Numbered from the stretch's first letter, positions 10,478 through 22,927 are shown. The stretch is DNA of 64,000 nucleotides from Octopus bimaculoides (GCF_001194135.2 NC_069003.1:32017369-32081368); one strand, 5' to 3'. Notes: generated by a model from the sequence alone, not told the origin. A program made the numbers and translations.

Positions 10478-10511
10478 CACCTATAATAGAAGATGTACCA
10501 GCGCCTCCAAG
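10478..10511 (+). CDS. Putative exon C (APIIEDVPAPPR)
   Basis: Acceptor TGTCTTGTTTGTTCTAG| and donor AAG|GTAATC. Phase 1 to 2, compatible with exon B. Confidence 0.55.
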
Positions 10512-11301
10512 GTAATCAGAGGTGTGGAAATAAAGCTGGTTAATTACTTCATTAAAATACATGAAATGAATTTACACAAAGATCTGAAGTGATTCAGATG
10601 TCTCACAGTCGGTAAAATATATTGAAGAGAAATATCTTGTACTGTACTGGATACGTTTTCGTGTGTCTGTGCATGCATGTCTAAGGAACATCATTGTATA
10701 TAATAAAATACAATTCTGATGCTGACTTAAATATTGAGGAATGTCTATAGTAGACCATTCATTTTACCAATATATATATATATATAGATAGATATTATTT
10801 GAAACATTTTCATTTGGCCCTAGAACATTATTAAGTTGCATGGGCCAAAATTAAAATTTTAAAAATAATATGTGTAACTCCTACTAAACGTGTTTGTTAG
10901 TCTACTCACTCGTATACACACACACACACATATATATTCTTTATTTCTTTTATTCTGTTACTTGTTTCAGTCATGTGACTTTATATATATAAAGTCTCTA
11001 CACTCTCTGAGTGGTTGGTGTTAGGAAGGGCATCCAGCTGTAGAAACTCTGCCAAATTAGATTGGAGCCTGGTGTTGCCATCCGGTTTCACCAGTCCTCA
11101 GTCAAATCGTCCAACCCATGCTAGCATGGAAAGCGGACGTTAAACGATGATGATGATGATGATGATGAAAGTGTATAGAAATCTTCAAAAGAATTCTGGA
11201 AGTTACCAATATTACATTTAGGACATAATTTCCTTTTAGTGTATCAACAAATATCACATTTATTTTTTGAAGTGGTGTTTCACAAGAAGTGAAGAATAAA
11301 T

Positions 11302-12265
11302 NNNNNNNNNNNNNNNNNNNNNNNNNNNNNNNNNNNNNNNNNNNNNNNNNNNNNNNNNNNNNNNNNNNNNNNNNNNNNNNNNNNNNNNNNNNNNNNNNNN
11401 NNNNNNNNNNNNNNNNNNNNNNNNNNNNNNNNNNNNNNNNNNNNNNNNNNNNNNNNNNNNNNNNNNNNNNNNNNNNNNNNNNNNNNNNNNNNNNNNNNNN
11501 NNNNNNNNNNNNNNNNNNNNNNNNNNNNNNNNNNNNNNNNNNNNNNNNNNNNNNNNNNNNNNNNNNNNNNNNNNNNNNNNNNNNNNNNNNNNNNNNNNNN
11601 NNNNNNNNNNNNNNNNNNNNNNNNNNNNNNNNNNNNNNNNNNNNNNNNNNNNNNNNNNNNNNNNNNNNNNNNNNNNNNNNNNNNNNNNNNNNNNNNNNNN
11701 NNNNNNNNNNNNNNNNNNNNNNNNNNNNNNNNNNNNNNNNNNNNNNNNNNNNNNNNNNNNNNNNNNNNNNNNNNNNNNNNNNNNNNNNNNNNNNNNNNNN
11801 NNNNNNNNNNNNNNNNNNNNNNNNNNNNNNNNNNNNNNNNNNNNNNNNNNNNNNNNNNNNNNNNNNNNNNNNNNNNNNNNNNNNNNNNNNNNNNNNNNNN
11901 NNNNNNNNNNNNNNNNNNNNNNNNNNNNNNNNNNNNNNNNNNNNNNNNNNNNNNNNNNNNNNNNNNNNNNNNNNNNNNNNNNNNNNNNNNNNNNNNNNNN
12001 NNNNNNNNNNNNNNNNNNNNNNNNNNNNNNNNNNNNNNNNNNNNNNNNNNNNNNNNNNNNNNNNNNNNNNNNNNNNNNNNNNNNNNNNNNNNNNNNNNNN
12101 NNNNNNNNNNNNNNNNNNNNNNNNNNNNNNNNNNNNNNNNNNNNNNNNNNNNNNNNNNNNNNNNNNNNNNNNNNNNNNNNNNNNNNNNNNNNNNNNNNNN
12201 NNNNNNNNNNNNNNNNNNNNNNNNNNNNNNNNNNNNNNNNNNNNNNNNNNNNNNNNNNNNNNNNN
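11302..12265. other. Assembly gap (largest of nine N-runs; others near 16609, 17606, 23719, 29097, 32131, 40672, 55718 and 57269)
   Basis: Runs of N, mostly flanked by microsatellites or repeats. Confidence 0.99.
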
Positions 12266-12777
12266 CAACTGGATGCTTAACCACAGGAGATCATTAGGGG
12301 GACACTTTATTGCATTGTTACAGAGATCAAATGTCTGAAGGCAGACTTGGATGAGGATATTCTATGCAGAGCTCTAAAACCTTAAGTAGCATTCGTACGT
12401 CTAATTGTCGACAAGGATATCCAGCCATAGAAACCAAGCCAAAACACACAACTGGAACCTGGTGCATCTCGCCAGCTTTAGTCTAACCGTCCAACCCATG
12501 CCAGCATGGAAAACATATGTTAAATGTTGTTGAAGATGATATATATATATATATATCTTTTATCTTTTACTTGTTTCAATCATTAGACTGTGGCCATACT
12601 GGGGCACCTTAAAAGAAGCAACAGAGAGACTCGAGGTCCAAGAGTCTTGTGCATTGGCACTTACCAAACTAGTTTGATAAGTGCCAGACCTTGAGTCACT
12701 CTGTTGCTTCTGCTAAATATTAAAAATATAAATATACTCATATTTTGAGTTCTATTTTTCCTGTTTGCATCAACATA

Positions 12778-12817
<40 letters not shown>

Positions 12818-13587
12818 TCATCATCATCATTTAATGAATGTCTTCCATGCTGGCAAGCCAGAGGATTGCACCAAGCTCTTCTGTCAGTTTTGGCATGGTT
12901 TCTACAGCTGAATGTTCTTCCAGTTAAAAACCTTTGCCTGTTTTGCAAGTGATTAGTTTATTCCACTCATCTTCAAACAATCCAATTTGTAAATTTGGAA
13001 TGTCAATGTAACACCAGTGTTTTGCTCAAGGGAATGTAAACATCTACACACATACACAATGTGCTTCGATACAGTTTCCATCTACCAATTCTGCTTTGAA
13101 GAAAGCACTCGCCCAAGGTGCCTTGCAGTGACAGAGAACTCAAGACCATGTGGTTACGATACAAACTCTGTATTCACACAGCTATACCTGAACAATGAGG
13201 ATTACTATAGGCATGATTATTGCTTGCTGAAAACTCTGATTATGTGTGTGAGTGCATGGGTGTGAGTACATACATATATATATACGCATATATATTTACT
13301 TAGTTCTTCAGATGATTTAAACAGTTTAGTTATATGGTTATCTTGGTGCACAGCTAAAAAATATCAGACTCAGTGAAGTAGTAGAGCATTATTTCATGCA
13401 TCACTTCTCATAATCTAAATAATCAACAGTGAATCTGTACATTAAATACATAACTATCTGAATAAGTTGTTAATAAGATCATTTTTTCAAACTAGTAACC
13501 TCATCTTTAGAGGTAAAGCATTTTTATTTTTATATTGACATCTAGATAACATTTCAGTTAGTTTGATCTCAGGTCACCGTCAGATGT

Positions 13588-13607
13588 TTTATTCCCGGAT
13601 AAATAAA
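13588..13607. terminator. Back-to-back polyadenylation signals (minus AATAAA 13588-13593; plus AATAAA 13602-13607)
   Basis: TTTATTCCCGGATAAATAAA, about 260 nt past the MRGBP stop codon. Confidence 0.35.
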
Positions 13608-13853
13608 TAGGTGGGGGTCTAGTACACAAGCAAAAAAAATAAAAATCCTCATTTCACTAACCATCAAAAGATCATTGTCCTAGACTAAGAATAGAAGGAA
13701 AATGAAAATAGTTTGGGGAACAGAAAAAATAAACAAAAAAACATTTCTGGGGTGAAAACACTTCCACCGAGTTATTTGCCTATCAGAACCATTAAAAAAA
13801 AAAAAAAAAAAAAAATTCTTTGGTGTGCATATACATATATAATCTTTTATTTT

Positions 13854-14071
13854 TCAAACAAATCTCCTCTTACGTTTGTTGGGAGCTCCGTCCACTCCGG
13901 GAGTTTGTCCTTGTCGAGTACGTTTCCGCTTCGAGCTTTCACTTGTGTTTGAAGAAAGGGTGGAGACCAGAGAAGTTGAGGAGGAAGAGGAGGGGGAGTA
14001 CGATGTACTGCCAGAATTGCTTGTATTCGATAAAGAACTGGAAATGTCTTTAAGCTGAATTTTATGCAAAC
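13854..14071 (-). CDS. MRGBP: MRG/MORF4L-binding protein exon 4 (last): Ser-rich region and basic NLS-like tail KRKRTRQ...PNKRKRRFV*
   Basis: Acceptor TTTTTCTTTGGCAG|GT in phase 1. The tail resembles vertebrate MRGBP KRKR...AKRRRT. Confidence 0.8.
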
Positions 14072-14685
14072 CTGCCAAAGAAAAATCGACAAGAAATCGT
14101 GTAACACTGGTAAATCTATAATAACTAGATTATTAAAATGCAGAAAGAAAAAGAATAAGGCATGGCACATGAAAAGTCATTCGAGCGAGATCGTTGCCAG
14201 TGCCACTGGACTGGCTCCTGTGCAGGTGGCACGTAAAATACACCATTTTGAGCATGGCCGTTGCCAGTACCGCCTGACTGGCCTTTGTGCCGGTGGCACG
14301 TAACAGCACCCACTACACTTTCGGAGTGGTTGGCGTTAGGAAGGGCATCCAGCTGTAGAAACTCTGCCAAATCAGATTGGAGCCTGGTGTAGCCATCTGG
14401 TTTCACCAGTCCTCAGTCAAATCGTCCAACCCATGCTAGCATGGAAAGCGGACGTTAAACGATGATGATATATATATATGATAGGCTTTCATTTTCCATC
14501 TATCAAATCCATTCACTAAGCTTTGGTTGGTCTGAGGCTATAGTAGAAGACACTTACCCAAGATGCCATACAGTGGGACTGAACCCAGAACTACGGGGTT
14601 GGGAAGCGAGTTTCTTACCACACAACCACTCATTAATAAAAAAAATATGAATTTTTCTACAAAAAAATCCCATTAAATGTCCTAC

Positions 14686-14875
14686 CTTTTTCTTCGGTCT
14701 TTATATCAGCTGTGCTCAATAATCTACTTGTTTCACTCGTGTTATTCTCGTCCAGAGAGCTAAAAGCACCAGGTTTGTAACGAGGAAATTCTCCAGACAG
14801 AAGGTTGCCATACTCATTGCCATTCAATTCAAAATCACAGATACGATTAGGGAAAGGAAATATTTCGGACTCGTT
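14686..14875 (-). CDS. MRGBP: MRGBP exon 3 (NESEIFPFPNRICDFEL...)
   Basis: TTTTGCAG| acceptor and G|GTAGGA donor, phase 0 to 1. The ESE..PFPN...F.L motif of the Eaf7/MRGBP family is present. Confidence 0.88.
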
Positions 14876-15153
14876 CTGCAAAACAAATACATAAATGGAT
14901 AGATATATACCCACATACACAATATATATATATATATATATATAATCTTTTTTTTTTACTTGTTGTGGTCACTTGACTGTGGCCATGCTGGAGCACTATC
15001 TTAAAGGGTTTTTAGTCAAACAAATTGACCCCAGGACTTATTCCTTAAACCTAGTACATATTCTATTGGTCTCTGCTAAGTTACGGTGACATAAAGACAC
15101 CAACAACAGTTGCCAAATGGTGATGGGGGGACAAACACACACACATATATATC

Positions 15154-15188
<35 letters not shown>

Positions 15189-15223
15189 ACAGACTTCTTT
15201 CAGTTTCTGTCTGAGAAAGACTA

Positions 15224-15612
15224 AAGGTGATCTATCAGGATAATGCTCGGCTACAAACAACGAGGATGACATTCCAAAGGCTGGAGCAGTTTGAATGGGA
15301 AATGATGCTCCACCCACCGTATTTGCCAGACATTGCACCATCTGATTATCATTTATTCTGCAGTCTTCAAAATCATTTGGATGGGGAAAATATGAATTCT
15401 GTAGACGAGGTCAGAACAATATTGGAGAAGTATTTTTTGTCACAGGCAAGTGAATTTTGGAAAAGGGGTCTTGCAAGTCTACCAGACAGATGGAAGAGCA
15501 GTATAGTAAAAATGAAGGAGAGTATATTTTAGATTAAAAAAGAACTTTGTTTACCCTAATTTTGAAAAATAAAAGAAGTATAAAAAAATTGCATTATATA
15601 TGGGATAACCCT
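15224..15612 (+). mobile_element. 5'-truncated mariner (DD34D) transposase fragment with right TIR, in MRGBP intron 2
   Basis: QDNA...HPPYLPDIAPSDYHLF with 34 residues between the last two Asp. It ends GCATTATATATGGGATAACCC-TA. Confidence 0.85.
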
Positions 15613-15707
15613 ATATATATATATATATGTATTTATATATTTGTCATAAAGTGTTAATGTTTTTTTTAAGATTTGAGGAATAAGGTATAGTTTCAATAAA
15701 ATCTTAC

Positions 15708-15829
15708 CAAAGCCATGAGGTCATACATTTCTCCCAAATGTTTCCATACATCACTAATAGGAATCTTCTTGCTTGAAGCATTGTTCAATTTTTCATGAAT
15801 ACAAATCATCTGGAAGAACCGATTTACTC
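15708..15829 (-). CDS. MRGBP: MRGBP exon 2 (GVNRFFQMICIHEKL...VWKHLGEMYDLMAL)
   Basis: TTTCAG| acceptor and TTG|GTAAGA donor, phase 1 to 0. Matches the Eaf7 domain GVN.HF.MI.I....IW.HL..MYD..AL. Confidence 0.92.
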
Positions 15830-16926
15830 CTGAAATTTCAAATAAAGAAAATGATGATAATTTTTTTCTATTGTTCCGGTGCATCAGATTACGACTTTAC
15901 TGAATTATTTCATTGTTAATTTCACTATCAACACAGTTATCACTAAGGTATAGTTACATAGTTTACACCGTTTCCAATATGTTAAGCTAGTTACGCACAC
16001 TATACTAAATTTATATTGTTTATAAATTATATTTATAATATTTACTTAAAATATATAGATTGAAAAAAAAACAAAAGATTTCTTTAAAGCAAATGCAAAC
16101 CATTTTAACAGAGATGAAAGAAAAGAAATATTGGCGATCCTTCGGTTACAAGTCTCCTAGATTCAGTGGCTTGTATTACAGTCAATAAAAGAATTTTATA
16201 CATACATATATTCCGAAACTTCGAAGTCACTGTCAACACTATTTATGTTAAAGCATAATAGGGACCCCTAATAATAGATATGTACTCTACAAAAAGCATT
16301 AGTTCTTCAGTTTAATGTAAAATTATTATTACAATTCGACATATAAGTATAGGACATAATGCTTGTATGTATGTATACACTCTTTCTTTCATCAAGATTA
16401 GCCAAGAAATTGGAATATTTGTGCATATATAAACATATTCACACACATAGTAATGTATACTTTATTTTAAAAAATGTGTATATATCGATAGATATTACAT
16501 GAGATCATGAAACTTACAAACAACTAATAAAACTAGAAATTCCACGTTTTTATTGTATTGAATATTTTTGTTGCTCTACTTTGTAAACACAAACATTTAC
16601 CCGATTAGNNNNNNNNNNNNNNNNNNNNNNNNNNNNNNNNNNNNNNNNNNNNNNNNNNNNNNNNNNNNNNNNNNNNNNNNNNNNNNNNNNNNNNNNNNNN
16701 NNNNNNNNNNNNNNNNNNNNNNNNNNNNNNNNNNNNNNNNNNNNNNNNNNNNNNNNNNNNNNNNNNNNNNNTATATAAGCGTCTGAGTGAATGTGCACTA
16801 ACATCGAAGGATTGCTTATATATATATATATCATAAATTGATTAATCTTTTATCGTTTAAGTTTCACTATTATCATGGAGACACCATGACAGAAATGTAC
16901 AAGCCTTGTGTATGTATGTGCTTGCG

Positions 16927-16960
<34 letters not shown>

Positions 16961-17254
16961 TACTGTGAGTAGCAATAGACTGACTCGACTAAATAAAATA
17001 TATTTAATTTCTACAATGGTATTTAGTACTCTGTTCTTCTCACACACTAATCGTGTACGTGTATATATATAAGTATGTATGTGTGCGTACACAATATATA
17101 TATATATATATATGTGTGTATATATATACATACACACACGCAGGATGTCTTGAAAAACTGGTCGTGCTGTAGAGAAAGGTTTAACAACACAATGCCAGCG
17201 AACAGTTATTTGAAACGTTTTCGATTTTGATAAGGATGAATATGAAACACTTAC

Positions 17255-17339
17255 CAACTGGTTTGTGTCCACGCATGGCATGGAACAAGCTGACTTCCAT
17301 GTCGACACTCCAGTTGAGCGGATCCACGTTCTCCGCCAT
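17255..17339 (-). CDS. MRGBP: MRGBP exon 1 (MAENVDPLNWSVDMEVSLFHAMRGHKPV)
   Basis: Kozak context CAACATGG, Eaf7 signature W....EV.LFHAM.GHKPVG, and donor G|GTAAGT. The four exons total 615 nt = 204 aa + stop. Confidence 0.93.
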
Positions 17340-17732
17340 GTTGTCTTGTGTTGTTGATTCAGTGTTGAGAGGGAGGGAGAGGGAGTGAGAGAAAGGGAGA
17401 GGGAGTAAGAGAAAGAGGGAAGGTAGGAGAGGGAGAGAGGGGGGGGAACTTTCATCAACTTGATTATCCAAACAATTAATCTACAAGAATTCCAGCCACC
17501 GGAGGACCGTGAATCAATTGGTAATGGGCCGCATAGAAAGAATATATTTTAAAATTTTATTTCTATTATTTTTACTATCGCAGTTCACAGGGTGACTTTT
17601 CATTANNNNNNNNNNNNNNNNNNNNNNNNNNNNNNNNNNNNNNNNNNNNNNNNNNNNNNNNNNNNNNNNNNNNNNNNNNNNNNNNNNNNNNNNNNNNNNN
17701 NNNNNNNNNNNATATATATATATATACATACA

Positions 17733-18112
17733 CAGGGTGAGCCAAAAGTAGGTGGACAGTATTTGGAATAGGTTTATGTATCAGTTGGTAATCTTCAAGT
17801 TTAGGGGGATAAAAAAAAAAAAAATTCAAGGGAAGTAACTGAACGTCTTACCAGTATTCTCCGTACATCTCTGTTTATAAATAAATCACACACGTGATTT
17901 GATTGACGTTAGGGTTAGGGTGTGATTTATTTATAAACAGCTAGAAGAAAACGGATAATACTGGTAAGTCGTTCAGTTATTTCCCTTGAATATTTTTTTT
18001 TTTTTATCCTCCTAAACTTGAAGATTACCTTATCAGTTATATGAACGCAATTGTTTATTATAACTATGTTTTTTGTGTTTTTTTACTGTTCACCTACTTT
18101 TGGCTCACCCTG
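17733..18112. mobile_element. Tc1/mariner-type foldback MITE
   Basis: TIR CAGGGTGAGCCAAAAGTAGGTGGACAGTA / TACTGTTCACCTACTTTTGGCTCACCCTG-TA, plus inner inverted arms at 17787-17891 and 17920-18029. Confidence 0.85.
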
Positions 18113-18339
18113 TATATATATATAATTTAATTATTATACAGACACGTATAAAATCGCAGCTTACCAGCACACAATACCAGACATAAAAGAAAACAAAACG
18201 TCTACTCTATAATGTTCCTAAATTTCGATCAACTGATTTCATCGGAGTTATCTCTCTTGCTCACTGCTTTTAGAGCCGTGATCCCCCAACATTTTTTGCA
18301 CCATGGATCGGTTTCGGCCATTTCCTACAGACCGGGGCA

Positions 18340-18520
18340 TTCACGCTCATTGCAAAAGACAATAAAGTGCTCGCCATCACTAGTGGTCCTGCATCAGCCC
18401 CTCTGCATCCTCCATGATGATGTCAAGCCTCTGGAGATCTTTCTCAATCATGTCCAGCAATCTGGTGTGGGGCCTGCCCTAAGTCCTCTTCCAGCCTGCA
18501 GGTGCTGCATCGAATGACAG
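18340..18520 (-). mobile_element. RTE LINE RT C-terminal fragment (decayed)
   Basis: Minus-strand translation AGWKRT*GRPHTRLLDMIEKDLQRL...QDH**WR. Confidence 0.6.
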
Positions 18521-19947
18521 TAAAACCCTGGTAGGATGATTTCAGGTTCAATCCAACTGTGTGGAACCTTAAGTACTTTCTGCTACAGCTTTGGTTTAAT
18601 CAATGCCTTGAGAGTAAAATTTGGTAGATGGAAACTGTAGAGAAACCAGTCATATATATATATATTTATATACTAGCTTGGGTATTAAATACTCGGCAAT
18701 GGTCTTAATAGGTTCTACCAATATTTTCCTTATTGTCAGTATTGTGATTTTACACTGAAAGTAGCCAGGAAGTAAACCGTAACATCAGATTGTAGTTTTT
18801 AGGAAATATACCTTAAAACAGACCACTGGAAGAAACCAGCCTTGGCACTTTACATAGAGTAACATGTTATCTGCCTGGATATTTACACCCCTCCTCTTAC
18901 TCTCTCTCTCTCTATATATATACACATACATATATACCATCATCTTCATCTGACATCTGCTTTCCATGTAGGCATGGGTCAGATGATTTGACAGGGAAAC
19001 AGTGAGCTGTGTCGAGCTCGTGTCATCTTTTGCATGGTGTCTAGGAAGGGCTGAATGCCCTTCTTTCCTAACACCAACCACTTTACAGAGTGTACCGAGT
19101 GTTTTTCTCTTGCCACCAGCACTAGTGAAATTTATCTCCCTGGATACTGGAATAACAACACCCACCTGACAATAATCAGATGAATTAGCACAGTAATTAT
19201 ACATGCACACATATATTCATAATCATATATCATCATCAATATTTAATGTCCGCTTTCCATGGGTTGAACACAAACACACACACATCAAACTGCTAATCTT
19301 TGTTGTTACATCTCTAAAAATTATTCAAGTAAAACAATGAAGAAAAAGAAAAGAATGAAAAATTATGCAATAAATTTAGAACATCCATTAATAAGGAAGA
19401 CAAACTAAAAGTCAAAAAATATCTTTTCTGTTTATTAATCTTCACATCTGCATCATTATTTACAAGGTGGAACCTCTGCAATGAGGCGTAGCAAAGAACA
19501 AATTAGTCAATCTCTTCAATAGAAGAACAATTAGCTTCCCAACCTAACAAGCTGTCAAGTTGGAACTATAATGGTTGAAGAAATATACACACACACACAC
19601 ATATACACAGGTACGACATTGACTTTCTGGAACCTTTCCAGAATACTAGGTCAATACACTCTAAATTAAATAAATATCAAATTTACTCAAGCTTTTAGCA
19701 TTCAGATTACTCTGTTAAATGTAATACTTATATATTCACATTGTTTGAATTAATCATGCATTATTCCATTGCTTCAAGATTTTGATGTGATTGCTTATTT
19801 TTACAATGACATTGTAAGGTAGGTGTGAGAAGAAAGATCTGACTAGTTAGAACATAAAACGGGGAGAATATTTGAGCCAGACATGGCCAGTTTAAATGCT
19901 AAAAGGTTAGATAAATTAAATACAAGTATTGGTACATTAGTATAAAT

Positions 19948-20260
19948 CAGGGCTGGCCAACCTGGGGCCCACAGACTTTTATCTTGCTGCCTGCTTGATA
20001 CTTTCTTGAAATGGGTTTATTTAAACAAACATTTTTAAAATTCTATCAAAAATTAAAGATTGTAATGAAAAGTAAAAAAGAAAGATACTACTGTTTTTGC
20101 AACGATAACATTGCTTGTTGAATCAACAATCATTTATTTATTATTGTAATAATAGCATGAAAAAGCAAAAGGCTTTCAATTCTGTCAGTATACAAGTAAC
20201 CCTAAAAAAACGTTCTGTGATTAAACTGGCCCGCAATGTAATTTGAGTTGGTCAGGCTTG
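19948..20260. mobile_element. hAT MITE with perfect 8-bp TSD GTATAAAT
   Basis: GTATAAAT-CAGGGCTGGCCAAC ... GTTGGTCAGGCTTG-GTATAAAT. Confidence 0.8.
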
Positions 20261-20794
20261 GTATAAATCATACAAGTATATTTATACTGTACTGTACAAG
20301 ATACCAGTCAACAAACTAGTCCAGCATCTGTGGGAATTTGAAGTACCTGCTTGTGGATTACAAGAGATTCTGGTACATCGGTGTCCAGAAACATGGTGTT
20401 GTACCTGTATGTATGTGTGTATATATATGATGTTCTAGCAAAAGACTCTATCAAAATGAATGGAGAAGTATTGGAGTCCTATAATACAGAATAGCTAAAA
20501 CACCTTCAAGACAAAAAAATATTTCATTTATTTTTCTTTCCCCTTAAATATCAAACAAATGATGATAGAGATTCTTTTGCTAGAATATATTCTTCATTTT
20601 AAGACGTTACAATCTGACATTAACGAAGCGATACAACACAAGCAGCTGTCATTTAAAGTAGAACAACAATGATAGATATAATGTTGAGAAATACTTTGAC
20701 TTTTTTTTCAGTTCCCCTACTTCATATGTTGCTAGTGAATTCTGAATTAACCTCAGAGGTAAATCTTGCTACTGCATTGTCCAGCAGACAAGTC

Positions 20795-20975
20795 AGATTT
20801 TTCAGACTGAAGTACAGCCAAAAATAAGGGAGTTCAACTTATACACCAAGATGTCCTTGGAGGACCAAAAATTCCATGTGAAACGCAACAGGATTTGGAA
20901 AGATAGTGATGATGTTTGAATGTTTATACATGTTTACGCTATATACAACATTGACTTGTATGTTAGAAAATACGG
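20795..20975. mobile_element. pogo/Tc2-like MITE fragment (TACCGTATTTT-type end); second copy at about 37432-37600
   Basis: Shared internal sequence CAGCCAAAAATAA...TTATACACCAAGA..TTGGAGGACCAAAAATTC. Ends AAAATACGGTA and TACTGTATTTTCTGG. Confidence 0.5.
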
Positions 20976-21785
20976 TATTAAGATATATATTAATATTACA
21001 ATTATCTTACACGTCATAATATATATCATCATTTAACGTCCGTTTTCCGTGTTCGCATGGGTTGGACAGTTTGATAGGAGACCTGCACTAGGCTTCAATT
21101 GTCTGTTTTGCCATGGTTTCTATGGCTGGATGTCCTCCCTATCTTCAAAGTTGTCGATTAATCTCACCCTAGTCATTTTTATCACTTAAAAAAGTAAAAT
21201 ATAAGTGTTGGACAAATATATTCTTCTACATTTATTGATCTCTGTTCATCTACATTTGTATATCTCACATTAGTATATCACAAATAATAATAGGAACTTA
21301 GTAGTATTTATATTTATTCGAGTATAAATAAGCTATTTAATTCTATTGATGGTTGATTAATAATGATTAGTGAAATTTATGTTATTTAATAGCATTTATT
21401 ATTATGTATACACACACACACACACATGTACACTAACACATATATAAACCTACATATACATTGTATACACATATGAATCTATTTCTAGCCTATTGTCAGT
21501 GTCCTTTCTCATTTTTGCAAAAACAGCCAACCATGTTATATACCTGAGTCTGAAAGCTTGCTTGAAAACACAAGCCATGCAATACAAGCTTTTCAGTTTA
21601 TTGTATTTTCATAGCATGAAACTAACAGTAGCTCATATTTAAATACTATGTATATAAAATAATATTTATCTTTCACTGGATGGAGTACTATTTTTGATCC
21701 CAACAATAATGGAACAGTAAATTCTATCTATCTATCTATCTACATACATCTGTGTCTATCTATCTATCTATCTAGCTATATATAG

Positions 21786-21844
<59 letters not shown>

Positions 21845-22732
21845 CACATACACACTCACATACATATGCATACACACATATACCTATACATACATATACC
21901 AATTCCATTTGGGTTTTGACCCTGAAGTTTGCTATGTTAAGCTCATCTATGGTTAACAGCAATCAGATACCAGTATAAAACAGAAATGATATATCTGAAA
22001 ATATGTAAATATGTGTAGAATTTACATAAACATTAGCAAGAAGGATGATGCGAGCACTTTGTATTATTACCCAATTCTACAATTGTAGAATTATGTAATA
22101 AAAAAAAAAAGAATCATTTCACATTCTCTCAAAGTTTATAAATTCTTGATGTAAACATATTTTGAAATTCTCTTTTTTTTTTTTTCAGTCTTGTTTTTTT
22201 TTTTTTTGGTCAAATTTCTTTTCCCAACATATTCCAATGTATCCGGCTCAGTGTTGTTTATCACTTCTTTGTTCAGATGTAGCAGGAATAGATAGATGAG
22301 AATGAGAAACGGAGCAAACAATGACAAAGAAGATTATGTGTGATGGTCAGGAAAGTAATAAAAAGTTTTTAAAAAAAAAACAAAAAACAATAAACAAATT
22401 TATAAGGTTTGAACTGATGAAATATTTACAAGGCTTAATAGGCTTTTGGGTTTTTTTACAGATGAAATGATAGGGAATTCAAGGCACCACCTAATTCATT
22501 TAAGGGACTACCATTATTAAAGTAATTCATTTTAATCATACATAAAGGCAACACTAAATAAATAAATACAGGGGAAAGTGAATGAGAGAGTTTTCTGCAA
22601 ATATGCAACCCTGAAGTTGTCCTTTTTTTTTATGGGAGTGAATTTATGCAAGGGCTACTACAACACATAGGTGTTTACAAAGGCTAAACCAAATCCCAAA
22701 CCCGCTAACCTATTAACCCGTTAACTCTAACT

Positions 22733-22927
22733 CTAAGAGGAGTCCTCGTCAGCATTGTTGTTTGTAGCATTTTCTTCATTGTTGTCTTCGTTACCGCTTG
22801 CTTCATTAGCACTTGCCTCGTTAGCGCTACCGCTGCCACTACCACTACCGGCATCGTTATTGTCTTCATCTTCACTCTCAACAATACGGGCTTTCTTCTT
22901 CTTTGGAGCAGAATCAGAGCCGGACTC
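22733..22927 (-). CDS. LEO1: LEO1 exon 13 (last), ESGSDSAPKKKKARIVESEDED...DEDSS*
   Basis: TTTTCCACAG| acceptor in phase 0; TAG stop at 22733-22735. Confidence 0.85.
   Translation of the reverse strand, partial: ESGSDSAPKKKKARIVESEDEDNNDAGSGSGSGSANEASANEASGNEDNNEENATNNNADEDSS

Noticed and set aside
11102-12338. Long ORFs of 330-390 aa, and similar ones at 16550, 17514, 23639, 32022, 55479 and 57109
   Set aside because: They are open only because they run through N-gaps.
14047-14055. Tandem acceptors TTCAG|CTTAAAG| suggesting a truncating MRGBP isoform
   Set aside because: A much stronger in-frame acceptor (TTTTTCTTTGGCAG|, 14072) lies just upstream and explains the exon.
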